A DNA stretch of 64,000 nucleotides. Source: Promethearchaeota archaeon. GTDB taxonomy: Archaea; Asgardarchaeota; Lokiarchaeia; Sigyniarchaeales; SOKP01. A program made the position numbers and the translations under genes. The notes beneath the pieces were generated by a model. The model worked only from the letters and a program-made list of their open reading frames with translations, made no database searches and had not been told where the DNA came from. This document shows, in pieces, positions 1 through 9,832 of the stretch (its first letter is position 1; the number at the start of each line of letters is the position of its first letter). Location: the NCBI GenBank assembly GCA_030599585.1, contig JAUVNS010000003.1, positions 64,001-128,000 on the forward strand, in the 5' to 3' direction.

Positions 1-384
1 AATAGAATAGAAGATTTTTTTAATGTTTTGATATTTCAATGGTTTATATTTGTAGATTCCAGCAAGAGAACCATATATCGCTACGATAAAACACCAATCA
101 ATGTATATTGTATGATAGAATGCGATCTGATAGACGAGTTCCCCTAAGAATCCTGCAAAAAACGCTGGAAGTGGGCCTGATAATACTGAAAAGAAAGCAA
201 GGATCAGTAAAGATACGCTAAAAACAATCGAAAAACTGACAGTTCCTATATAAGGCGAAGAAACAGAACCAAATGATTCTGAAGTGTATAAGTAACTCAT
301 AAAAATAAAGAAGACCGTTATAATTTTCACAAATATCGTTCTTATGAAACTATTTGGTTTGTTTTCGTTAGAATCAATGCTCAT
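1..384 (-). CDS. Membrane protein, ECF-transporter S-component-like (3' end runs off the window)
   Basis: Not in the ORF track. ATG at 384 opens a frame to the window edge: MSIDSNENKPNSFIRTIFVKIITVFFIFMSYL...LLILAFFSVLSGPLPAFFAGFLGELVYQ...IDWCFIVAIYGSLAG. Several hydrophobic helices; the GPxxxFxAGFLG segment resembles ECF S components. Confidence 0.55.
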   Translation of the reverse strand, partial: MSIDSNENKPNSFIRTIFVKIITVFFIFMSYLYTSESFGSVSSPYIGTVSFSIVFSVSLLILAFFSVLSGPLPAFFAGFLGELVYQIAFYHTIYIDWCFIVAIYGSLAGIYKYKPLKYQNIKKIFYSI

Positions 385-430
385 CGCATTAAAAAATTAA
401 TGAAAATAGATAAAATTATCTTTCATAATT

Positions 431-1090
431 TTAAAAAAAAATAACATCAAGCTCTTCAATTAAGCTTTTCTTTGTCATTTCAAAACCCTTACGCAACACT
501 GATACAATTATATTTTTCCCCGTTGGGATATTAAGGATGCTATCATCTTCCTCTACTATTATAATTCCATCGTCGTTATAATCTAATTGGCGCTTAAGAG
601 CCTCGTATGCTTTTTCTTTAGTTTTAAACGCTGCTCTGGATAATTCATCATAACTCTTAACGTCGTCTTTAATGCTCAAAAATAAAACGCACTCCTCAAC
701 TTGAGATATAAAGGATTTTCTCGTGATTTCTCGTAACTTATCGTAATGCTTATGATTTCTTTTACACTGTTTATCAGTTTGGTCATTTTCTAAATAACTC
801 GGAAAATTTTTTTCAATAACCTCATCAAATTTTTCTTGAGTAATCTCACCATTCTGTACTAGAGATTTTGCTGAATCCAATGCGATTGTTATTTGTTTTA
901 ATGTCCCCACGCGAGCGTTATTATCACTCCAAATCTTATAAAATGCTTTTACTATAGGTTTAACCACAAAATTGAACGCTCCGGCATCTAACTCTGTCTC
1001 AATTAGGTCTCGTCCGTAACCTAAACTTAAATCCGTTGTTGAAATCATCTTTTCTTCAACGATCTTATAATTTCTTTCCAAGTAATCCAT
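431..1090 (-). CDS. Hypothetical alpha-helical protein, tandem paralog A
   Basis: 219-aa ORF, colinear over its full length with the adjacent ORF 1177..1833. Confidence 0.85.
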   Translation of the reverse strand: MDYLERNYKIVEEKMISTTDLSLGYGRDLIETELDAGAFNFVVKPIVKAFYKIWSDNNARVGTLKQITIALDSAKSLVQNGEITQEKFDEVIEKNFPSYLENDQTDKQCKRNHKHYDKLREITRKSFISQVEECVLFLSIKDDVKSYDELSRAAFKTKEKAYEALKRQLDYNDDGIIIVEEDDSILNIPTGKNIIVSVLRKGFEMTKKSLIEELDVIFF

Positions 1091-1176
1091 AATATGTCAC
1101 TTTTCAGTTTTTTTTTTCTACCAAATATAGTGTTCTATGTTCTTTTTATATTGTTAAAATAATGATTTGATCTTTA

Positions 1177-1833
1177 CTAATCGTAGGTTTCGTTAATACC
1201 TTTTAAGAAATCTTTTTTACTCTCTTCGAAACCTTTTCTTAAAGATTTAACAATTATCTTTTTACCTGCAGGTAATGATAATATGGATGGGTCGTCTTCT
1301 ATGATGCTGATACCTCTCTCTGTGAATTCTAACTGTTTCTTTAAGTTCTTAGTGGCTATTTCTTTTGACTTAAATGCACTTCTGGCGAGATCTTTGTAAT
1401 CATTAACATGCTCTTCTACACCAAGGAAAGTTTTAACTTCTCTAAGATAATTGATAAAAGTTTCTCTCGAGTTTTCTTTTAACTTATCATAATTTTTATG
1501 GTTCTTACTACATTGATATGTTACCTGATCGCCTTTAAGGAATCTCGGAAAAAATTCGTCTACAATGCGATTAAAAGATTCTTTTGAATTTCCATTTAGT
1601 AATAATTGTTTTCCAGCATCCAAAGTGATATCAATCTGCTTTAAAGTTCCTTTCCTTGCGTCATGTTGAGCCCAATAATCATAGAATGCCTTAACAATGG
1701 GTCGAACTATAAAATTCAACATACCTGTATCTAATTCCGTATCAATTAATTTTCGTCCTAATTTAAGACTTTGTTCCATTTGCTGAATCATTCTTTCTTT
1801 TACGATTTTACAATTCCTTTCCACATAATCCAA
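1177..1833 (-). CDS. Hypothetical alpha-helical protein, tandem paralog B
   Basis: 218-aa ORF with a TTG start. Shares MDYxERN, TELDxG, PIVKAFY, ARxGTLKQI, CxxNHKxYDKL and LRKGFE with 431..1090. Confidence 0.85.
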   Translation of the reverse strand: MDYVERNCKIVKERMIQQMEQSLKLGRKLIDTELDTGMLNFIVRPIVKAFYDYWAQHDARKGTLKQIDITLDAGKQLLLNGNSKESFNRIVDEFFPRFLKGDQVTYQCSKNHKNYDKLKENSRETFINYLREVKTFLGVEEHVNDYKDLARSAFKSKEIATKNLKKQLEFTERGISIIEDDPSILSLPAGKKIIVKSLRKGFEESKKDFLKGINETYD

Positions 1834-2040
1834 ATAAAATCCCCAGCAAATTTATTTAATAGTCTTTAAAAATTAATATTCTTCTTGAACTAATAAACTA
1901 AAATATTTAAAAATTTTTTAACTTTGTCAATTTTATTTTAGTCTTGCGTCGGGAACGAAAAAAGTAAGTATATAATATGAAAAAATGTTTTATAATTATA
2001 TTAGGTTTAAATACAATTTTAACTTCATTAAATCAATCCA

Positions 2041-5000
2041 ATGCGTTACATCTTTAAAATTCTAATATTGGGCTTAAACGGAGACTCTATCGCCCTTTAT
2101 ACTATAAGAACCTTCGGAGAAGAGGGCGAAAACAAAGGACCATATTTAGAGCTATATAAAGAAGTAAAAGCGTTAGAGGATACTTGTGATCTGGAAGTCA
2201 ACGCTATAATTGATGTTGAGAAAACTGATCTTGATGAATTGATAAATACTGTTGATGGTATTATCTACTTCATAAATCCTTTGAGAAATGAAGAGAAAGA
2301 AATATTTGATTCCATTTTACACGACATTAGAAAAGTTTCTCGAAACATACCAATAATCATAATGTACTATGATCAGGATGGCATTTTTCCTCTATCAGTA
2401 AATAATTTGCTAGAAAACGCTTGGCTTAAGTACTTTGATGTTGAGGCTTTTGTTAATGTTCGTCCGAGAGAGTTTCACCATGTTTTGCATTGTTTATGCA
2501 TCGCAATGATCTCTGGAGATTCGCCATTAAACATAGAGAACGCGTGGATGAGGTTTCCTATTTACATTCAACTTGCCAACATTTATTTTAAAAAAGCTGA
2601 AAAAGAATCTAAACCAGATTATTATTTCTTTTCCGCTCAAGCTGTTAAGAAAGCTGCGATGATTGCTGATATTTTTAACAAAGAAGAATATTATATAATT
2701 TGCGAACAAGCAGCCTTTCTATTCTCAAAAGTAAATTTATATTTAGAAGCCGCTAAAATACTTCAAAATGTAGATAAAAAAAAAGCGGAGAATTTCAAGA
2801 AATTATATGCTGAATCGATGATCTTGGAAGGTAATAAATTGTTTAACAAGCGTAAATTTGACGATTCAGCACGACAATACGAAGCAGCAGCTCAATGGGC
2901 TGCTTTGGAACATGAGAATGAAGAGCTTAAAAACGAAGGATTTAGATTAGCGATAACATCTTGGATTTCAGCTTGTAAAATGGAAAATGCTTATAAAATT
3001 ATTAAAAATTTACCACACGATTTAACACTTGAAGTTTTGCAAGGTTTTCTTCCCAAAATAATCGAGATGGTTGATTTCTTAATAAAAGAACAGAAATTAA
3101 TAATAGCACGAGACCAATTGCGTATAACCGTAGATAACTATCAAAAGAGAAACTTAACTGAAGAGCTCCAAGAATTAGTAACAAAGTTAGTCGAAGTTTT
3201 AAAATTGCTTCTAGCAAAAAATATTGAAGAGAAAGATAGATTTAACGCCTACGAATATTACTATGAAATTAAAAGTGTTTGTGAAACCTATGATTTAGAT
3301 TTACCGGATCAAGATCAACAACTTAATATTTTGATTAATTTATTCATTGACAATCTTGAAGTTGGAGAATATACAGTACTACTGAACGAAGTTAATTCAT
3401 TGAAATTAAAAAAGGAATTGACTGCGCGGATTTCCAAGGTAGAGGATGAAAACAAGGAATTATTGAAACAACAGAAAGAGGAAAATCTACGGAAAAATAG
3501 AGGGCTTCTCAATAGCTATATTGAACGGGAGTTACAAATTATTGCCGAAAGTAACGTGAAAACCATTAAGGAAGCTAATGGGTTAATTGAAAAAGGAGAG
3601 TATCTCAAAGCAGCTAATTTGGTTAAGTCTCAAGCAGACTTCTGGAGCACTATTGGTAGAGAAGAAATTCAAGATCAAATACTAAAAAAAGTTCTCGACA
3701 TTCTATTAATTGGTAAATTTTTTGACAGATTTACGAATGTCTACTATGAACTAACAAATAAATCGAAAAAGAATTATTTGAGAAATAAACTAAATCTCGT
3801 TAAAAAGAAATTAATAGAAGTTGGGAAAGAAAGAGATTTTGAAATAGTTTTTACTACTTGTATATTCATTTTATCAATATATAGAGAACAATTATTATTC
3901 GAGCAATCTAAAGAAATATCCGAGCTTACTGTTGATTATGTTAAATCTGAAGCTCTTAGAGTTGTAAAAGAAAATGAAGATAAAAAAGCAATTGATTTAG
4001 CTAAAAATCTGATTGCAAAAGCTAACGATTTATCACATGCATATTTAGATAAGCGTGAAATAAATTTTGATGAGATATATGCAATAATCGTTAAAATTTA
4101 CATAGAATTAGATAAATTTTCTGATGCTGATGCAGTTATAGATCAAATTTTAGATAAATCACTTAAGGCAAATTTAAATAAAGATCTATTTAAAAAACAA
4201 ACAGATATAAGTGCTAAGGAAGCAAGTAAGGCTAAAAAAGACCATGATAAAAATGTATTAAAAGAAAGAGAGTCGATCATCAAGAAAAGAGCACGGGACG
4301 CGCAACAAGAGAGACAAAACGATTCTAAAAGGAGAAATGGTCTTAGAAGGCAGCTCTATGATAAAGGACTTAGCCTTTTAAAAAACCAAGATTTTGAAGA
4401 CGCTTTGAAAGAGTATAATGCCCAAATCAAATTTTTATTAGGCAGAAAGAGTCTTAATTTAGTTGGAATTTCTTTAGCTATTAGTTTGTTAATTCTTTAC
4501 AAATTAAAAAGGATTGAAGAATTTGAAAAATCCTTAAGCAAAATAAAAAACAGTCTGGGTAGTTTAGAAAAATCCTTTTCAGAAACATATTCAATTACCT
4601 TACTTGACCATATCATTGAAATCGAAAAATTGAGTGATGTTATTGAATTTAAAGAAGCGCTTCAGTATGTTGAATATTTAGCACTATTTGATGAGGAATT
4701 GGACCTACTTAATGAATTATTGGATAAATCAAAAAAACCAATTGATAGTGAAGATATTGAACATTTGATTGTTGAAAGGGGGAAAAAATTAAAAAGAATT
4801 CAAGAATTAGAAAAGCAGATTCTCAAAGATAAAAGAGACATTGCTAAAAGAAAGTTAATGAAAAACCAATATTGGAAGATATCTTATGAAGATTTGTGTA
4901 ATGAAAAATTTACTGTAGCTGGTAATGAATATGACGACACAATTTCAAAATTATTAGATAAACGATTTTTCAATCAGGCTGCCATAAGTCTCATTATTTC

Positions 5001-5808
5001 GACTATTATTATGGTAAAAAACAAAAATGTTTCCTTAGCTAAATCTTATTTAAACGAACTATTAACAAAATATTCAAAATATAAAAAAGATTTTGTAGAT
5101 TTACCTGAGATTCAAATCTTAAGCGAACTTCTTTATGCGTTAGAAAACAAAGATGACAAACAATTCGATTTATGCCTAAAAATTTTAACAAATAAACTAG
5201 TGCTCTTTGAATGTGAAATAGATTTATTAAAAAGTCTCGTCCCTAAGGAACAAGAACATGATGTAGAAGATGTTAGATTGTCAAGAGAAGAACTAGCAAA
5301 GGAAAAAGAGCTCAACATACAATTGGATCAAAATTTTGGAATATTACAAAAAAAAATGCCTGATATTCGTGGTGAACAACAAGAACATCTAAAAAAAAGA
5401 ACCTTCATGAAAAACCGAATCTATACTGATGTAATAGCGCTTCTTGAGAAAAACTCCTTAAAAGATGCTGGAATTGAATATCTTAAATTAGCATACACAT
5501 TATCAAAAAGGAAAAATTTTGAAAGTAGCTCCTTGATGGTTTTATTACATGGCTTAGCACTACTCATAGCGAAGGTACCTTTAAAAGAGATTAGGATTAA
5601 TGTTAATACTTATCTTACTTCCTTAGGCCTTAATAAAAAGCTTTTGGAAGACACTTACCCTATTCGTTGTATTGAATTTCTACTTAATGTAATAACCCAT
5701 AATGTAGAAAAATATAAGCCAACTATTAAGGAATTATTAGATATTTTACCGCTTTTTGAAGAAGAAAAATATTTAATTGATAATTTGTTGAAAGAGGAAG
5801 GAAATTAA
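2041..5808 (+). CDS. Large protein: degenerate small-GTPase-like N-terminal domain, TPR/alpha-solenoid region and three ~175-185-aa helical repeats
   Basis: 1255-aa ORF. N-terminus has YIFKILILG, DGIIYFIN and IPIIIMYYDQD but no GxxxxGK[ST]. TPR-like helices follow, then three repeats ending LALFDEE, LVLFECE and LPLFEEE. Confidence 0.7.
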   Translation: MRYIFKILILGLNGDSIALYTIRTFGEEGENKGPYLELYKEVKALEDTCDLEVNAIIDVEKTDLDELINTVDGIIYFINPLRNEEKEIFDSILHDIRKVSRNIPIIIMYYDQDGIFPLSVNNLLENAWLKYFDVEAFVNVRPREFHHVLHCLCIAMISGDSPLNIENAWMRFPIYIQLANIYFKKAEKESKPDYYFFSAQAVKKAAMIADIFNKEEYYIICEQAAFLFSKVNLYLEAAKILQNVDKKKAENFKKLYAESMILEGNKLFNKRKFDDSARQYEAAAQWAALEHENEELKNEGFRLAITSWISACKMENAYKIIKNLPHDLTLEVLQGFLPKIIEMVDFLIKEQKLIIARDQLRITVDNYQKRNLTEELQELVTKLVEVLKLLLAKNIEEKDRFNAYEYYYEIKSVCETYDLDLPDQDQQLNILINLFIDNLEVGEYTVLLNEVNSLKLKKELTARISKVEDENKELLKQQKEENLRKNRGLLNSYIERELQIIAESNVKTIKEANGLIEKGEYLKAANLVKSQADFWSTIGREEIQDQILKKVLDILLIGKFFDRFTNVYYELTNKSKKNYLRNKLNLVKKKLIEVGKERDFEIVFTTCIFILSIYREQLLFEQSKEISELTVDYVKSEALRVVKENEDKKAIDLAKNLIAKANDLSHAYLDKREINFDEIYAIIVKIYIELDKFSDADAVIDQILDKSLKANLNKDLFKKQTDISAKEASKAKKDHDKNVLKERESIIKKRARDAQQERQNDSKRRNGLRRQLYDKGLSLLKNQDFEDALKEYNAQIKFLLGRKSLNLVGISLAISLLILYKLKRIEEFEKSLSKIKNSLGSLEKSFSETYSITLLDHIIEIEKLSDVIEFKEALQYVEYLALFDEELDLLNELLDKSKKPIDSEDIEHLIVERGKKLKRIQELEKQILKDKRDIAKRKLMKNQYWKISYEDLCNEKFTVAGNEYDDTISKLLDKRFFNQAAISLIISTIIMVKNKNVSLAKSYLNELLTKYSKYKKDFVDLPEIQILSELLYALENKDDKQFDLCLKILTNKLVLFECEIDLLKSLVPKEQEHDVEDVRLSREELAKEKELNIQLDQNFGILQKKMPDIRGEQQEHLKKRTFMKNRIYTDVIALLEKNSLKDAGIEYLKLAYTLSKRKNFESSSLMVLLHGLALLIAKVPLKEIRINVNTYLTSLGLNKKLLEDTYPIRCIEFLLNVITHNVEKYKPTIKELLDILPLFEEEKYLIDNLLKEEGN

Positions 5809-5812
5809 ATCT

Positions 5813-6727
5813 TTATACAATATTAGCGTATTTCATTAAATCTTTAACTCGCATCCGTAAAGTAACTTCCGTAACTCTCGCTAAGCGACTTATTTCTTTC
5901 TGAGTTCGGTTTTCGCTACAAATTTTAGAACCAATATAAATCGCAGCAGCAGCAATTCCTTTAGGATCTTTACCCGCAGAGTTAAATCCGCTTTTATCTG
6001 CGCTCTCTATTATTTTAACGGCAGTATTACGACATTGCATTGACAATTTCAACTCGTCGTTAAACTTGTCTACGTAGCGAGATGGTCCGAAATGCTGTAC
6101 TTTTAAATTTAAATGAGGTAACACTTCCATTAGAATTAAGCGATAACTTTTTATGACTTTTTTTTTCGGGATTTGTGCGACTTTTGTAATTTCCTCTACA
6201 GTTCTAGGAATTCCATGGACGCGTAAAGCACAAAATATTGATGCCGAGAGTAGCGTGTCAATACTTCTTCCCATAGTGAGTTTCTTTTTTACTGTCTGAG
6301 TATAAATTCTAAGCGCGTCTTCAGCTACAGTATCTGGGATGCTGAGTCTTTTTTGCAAGCGTTGTAAATTAGGTAAAGCAATCCAAAGGTTCCTTTCATA
6401 ACTTGTTGTTAAGGATCTATGGATTTTTGCAAGTCTATTGAATTTTGATTTATACTTAGGACTTAATAAAGTTCCACGAGCATCTCTACTACCTCGAATT
6501 ATCGTTCTTGGACCGATTGGGCTGTAAACCCTCTCATTACTTTTTCTTTTTTGGATTTCTTCTTGCGTGAACGCTCTGCGAGGAGAATCATCAAGGATTC
6601 TACCATATACTGAACCACAATTCATACATACATAGAATCCATCTTCCTCACTGATTTTAGGTGAGTCGCAACAGGACTCTTCTTCCTTTTCATCAAAAAA
6701 TCCATTGTTCTCGAAGCTTGACGGCAT
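5813..6727 (-). CDS. tfb: Transcription initiation factor IIB (divergent TFB paralog)
   Basis: Zn ribbon (CCD...VCMNCG), two cyclin folds (GRSIDTLLSASIFCALR, GKDPKGIAAAAIY) and the C-terminal HTH TQKEISRLARVTEVTLRMR. Confidence 0.92.
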   Translation of the reverse strand: MPSSFENNGFFDEKEEESCCDSPKISEEDGFYVCMNCGSVYGRILDDSPRRAFTQEEIQKRKSNERVYSPIGPRTIIRGSRDARGTLLSPKYKSKFNRLAKIHRSLTTSYERNLWIALPNLQRLQKRLSIPDTVAEDALRIYTQTVKKKLTMGRSIDTLLSASIFCALRVHGIPRTVEEITKVAQIPKKKVIKSYRLILMEVLPHLNLKVQHFGPSRYVDKFNDELKLSMQCRNTAVKIIESADKSGFNSAGKDPKGIAAAAIYIGSKICSENRTQKEISRLARVTEVTLRMRVKDLMKYANIV

Positions 6728-6947
6728 ATCAACTAGCTAATTTAAATGCAATTATTGGGATTATTCAGTTTCAGTATACTATTTAAAAGAAACCACATAT
6801 TTAAATCTTAATTTAATTAATTTAATAGCTTTAGTGAAGATTTAAATCTTAGTCTATTTAACTATTATCTTAGAAGATTAGTAACATTAATTATTTTATC
6901 AAACACTCTCTTAATAATAACTACTAACTAGGACAAATATTAATAAA

Positions 6948-8201
6948 ATGTCAGTTGATATCTCTAAAATTATTAAAGTATTTTCGAAATTTTTAGATCC
7001 AAAATTAGCGAAAGAGGGAAAGTTGAAGACTATTGATGAAATCAAGAAGCTTCCATTGAACTCATTCAAATTTATGTCTAAAGAAGATGTAAAACAACTA
7101 AAAGAAGTACTAAATTTATCTACTATTGAGGATACTTCCAAATTAGATCGAGAGAACCCTTTTGTTAAGTTAAAGAAAATTAAATCTACCAAAGATTCTA
7201 GTAAAGATGCTAAACTACAAAAAGAAATCGAGGGGAAAGCTGCAGCAATACGAATAGAAAATCCCGATCTTGTAAAAGCATTGAACAAAGCAATCATAAT
7301 TAGCTCGATAATAACAAATTTAACCGATGCGGATGAAATCGTTACTGAGAAATCTGCTCAAAAAATTATTGTTATTGGATTAGATAACGCTGGCAAAACT
7401 GCAATTTTGAACAAGTTTGGAGGGCGGTTAGGCATTAGCGATTTGGCAAACTTGAAACCAACTAAAGGTGTCGATCGCCGTCATATCAAGGCAGAAAATT
7501 CTGACTTAGATTTGTTTATCTGGGATTTCGGTGGTCAGGCACAATATAGATCTAAATATTTAAAAAATCCAGAACAATACTTTTTGCAAGTTGATTTATT
7601 AATTTATGTCATTGATATACAAGATTCTGAGAGGTTTCCAGAATCTTTTGAATACTTCGAGCAAATTCTAAAGACACTCACAATTTTAGAAGAAGACCCC
7701 TTTGTATTAATATATATACATAAATTCGACCCAGATTTAAAGCATGACACTGAAACACTTCTTAACATCGAACTTCTGAAAGATAATTTAAACCAGTCAT
7801 TAACTTCTTTTGGATACGATTACGAAGCTTATCTAACTTCAATCTACTCTTTAATTACTAACGAACCCGAGTTTTCTAAATATCTTAAAGAAGTTATGAA
7901 ATCAACCGACTCTTTAACTAACCCCACTCTAAGGAAAGTAGAAGGATTAGGAAAAACTTTAGAAGAAACTATGAATGCTGTTATTCGACTCTCTGAAAGT
8001 CTTTCAAGGCAATTATCTGATATAGATAGTAGATTGAGGGCCATCGAAAGTGGTGCATTTCAAATGGCTCAGAATGGCATCCCCATAGGACTATCACCAC
8101 CTAATCAAGCTTCAGTTCCCGGTAGGCCTGGGGATTCAAGGTTAAAAGTTCTTGACGAATTAAAGTTGTTGTTCGATAAAAAGAAAAAGTTAAACCTATA
8201 G
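6948..8201 (+). CDS. Multidomain Arf/Rag-like small GTPase with N-terminal HhH-like domain and C-terminal coiled coil
   Basis: G1 GLDNAGKT, switch I PTKG, G3 WDFGGQ, G4 HKFD, G5 TSIY. Heptad region LGKTLEETMNAVIRLSESLSRQLSDIDSRLRAIE. Confidence 0.88.
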   Translation: MSVDISKIIKVFSKFLDPKLAKEGKLKTIDEIKKLPLNSFKFMSKEDVKQLKEVLNLSTIEDTSKLDRENPFVKLKKIKSTKDSSKDAKLQKEIEGKAAAIRIENPDLVKALNKAIIISSIITNLTDADEIVTEKSAQKIIVIGLDNAGKTAILNKFGGRLGISDLANLKPTKGVDRRHIKAENSDLDLFIWDFGGQAQYRSKYLKNPEQYFLQVDLLIYVIDIQDSERFPESFEYFEQILKTLTILEEDPFVLIYIHKFDPDLKHDTETLLNIELLKDNLNQSLTSFGYDYEAYLTSIYSLITNEPEFSKYLKEVMKSTDSLTNPTLRKVEGLGKTLEETMNAVIRLSESLSRQLSDIDSRLRAIESGAFQMAQNGIPIGLSPPNQASVPGRPGDSRLKVLDELKLLFDKKKKLNL

Positions 8202-8261
8202 CTTTTTTTAAACAAACTTGTAAATAATGCTTGGTATATATTTTTTATTTAAAATCTAAGC

Positions 8262-8975
8262 CTATTTTGATTTACTGTAAAGTTCCACAATCAATTTGCG
8301 GATGGCTAAGTAAGTGATTATACTTAACAGTCCAATAACTAATATCAAATAAAATACATTTTCAAAAAGTAGGGGATTAATTACTTGGATGTAAATATTT
8401 CCTATATTAAATTGCTCAAAAAAAATCAGTAGACTATGTAAAAGAGGAACTAAAACGAATCTCGCTACTAAAAAACCGAAAATACCTATGAAAACTCCAC
8501 AAATTACATCACTTGGGTAATGAACTCCTAATTGAATTCTAGAAAAAGATACAAATATAACAATAAGTACAATGATAATTACCATCATCGGTGTGTTTAA
8601 CAACGAAGCAAATAGAAGTCCTTGAGACGCCACATTATATGAATGCCATGATGGAAAACTTCTAGAGGTTGGTTCTCTTTCGAGTACTTTAATATTTTTT
8701 AATGCTTCAAAAGGTCTCTCTCTACCTATAAGTTTTTTTATAGGGGCAATTATCAATACGCCGATTAAAAAAACAGCTGAAATGCTTGAAAACAAAAAGG
8801 AATCGTAAAATATGAATAAATAAAAAACCATTAACAACATCCATAAAGTCTCTCTTCCCAGAAACGAAATAATCTTTAATAGACGAGTAAATAACATTCC
8901 ACCAAATCCAATATATTTTAAAATAACCCTTTTATCCCAGGCATCAATGTTCTTTAATATTAAATCTGGTTTCAT
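8262..8975 (-). CDS. PAP2-family membrane phosphatase
   Basis: C1 KxxxxRxRP (IKKLIGRERP), C2 SFPSWH, C3 SRIQLGVHYPSD; several TM helices. Confidence 0.88.
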   Translation of the reverse strand: MKPDLILKNIDAWDKRVILKYIGFGGMLFTRLLKIISFLGRETLWMLLMVFYLFIFYDSFLFSSISAVFLIGVLIIAPIKKLIGRERPFEALKNIKVLEREPTSRSFPSWHSYNVASQGLLFASLLNTPMMVIIIVLIVIFVSFSRIQLGVHYPSDVICGVFIGIFGFLVARFVLVPLLHSLLIFFEQFNIGNIYIQVINPLLFENVFYLILVIGLLSIITYLAIRKLIVELYSKSK

Positions 8976-8988
8976 GTTTCATATCCCT

Positions 8989-9783
8989 TCAATATGTTAT
9001 ACCTAAAAATTTATAAGCATCTTTGACTTCAGAAATGTTTTCTTGGAAATTTTCAACCGAATGAGAATCTGATCCAACGAAAAATCTAGCTCTTTCTTTT
9101 CTTAACTTCTTAGCAATTTCCCTAGAAGGAAAAGGGCGATCAATGGGAAAACGTAAACCTGATAAGTTATATTCAATCTTAATTTTGTTTTTAATACATA
9201 AACGCCCCAAGTTAAGAACTCGTTCATCTGAAATATCGCAATCCTCTAACGGTTTAATATCATGTTCGTTTATGTATCGATAAATTGTATCGATGTGACA
9301 TATATTCTTGAAAATTTTTGATTCGATCATCATCCTGCTGATCTCAAAGTAATCGTCTATGACTTTTCTCATTTGAACTTTCTCTAACAATTGAAGCAAT
9401 TTAGTTCGTGAAGTAATAGGATATTGGTATACCCATTCATGCAGAGTACCACTAATAAAATCGAGTTCTCTTCCATAGTCATCCATAAATTCTAATAATT
9501 CGATTTCCCTGTCCCGATAATACTCTAACTCGAGACCGCTGAGGATAAACTTATATGTTCCCTTCAAATCGTCAAATTCTTCAAGGTAATCGTCTATCTT
9601 GTCATTATAGAAGGGATTTGATTTGTCTCTTTCGATAGAATAAAGTTCGTAATGCTCGAGAAAACATATGTTAATTTCATTTTCTTCTGCAATTTTGATG
9701 TAATCGTTGAAGTTTGGACCATCTTCTGATATGTCTGAGCTCCAGTTTGTATGTACGTGATAATCAGTATATTTAAATTTCAT
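8989..9783 (-). CDS. PHP-domain phosphoesterase (histidinol-phosphatase-like)
   Basis: Metal-binding motifs DYHVHT, LEH, CHID and GSDSH. Confidence 0.85.
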   Translation of the reverse strand: MKFKYTDYHVHTNWSSDISEDGPNFNDYIKIAEENEINICFLEHYELYSIERDKSNPFYNDKIDDYLEEFDDLKGTYKFILSGLELEYYRDREIELLEFMDDYGRELDFISGTLHEWVYQYPITSRTKLLQLLEKVQMRKVIDDYFEISRMMIESKIFKNICHIDTIYRYINEHDIKPLEDCDISDERVLNLGRLCIKNKIKIEYNLSGLRFPIDRPFPSREIAKKLRKERARFFVGSDSHSVENFQENISEVKDAYKFLGITY

Positions 9784-9832
9784 AATTATATAATTCTAAA
9801 AATGAAATAAAGAAGTTAAAAATATTTATTAT

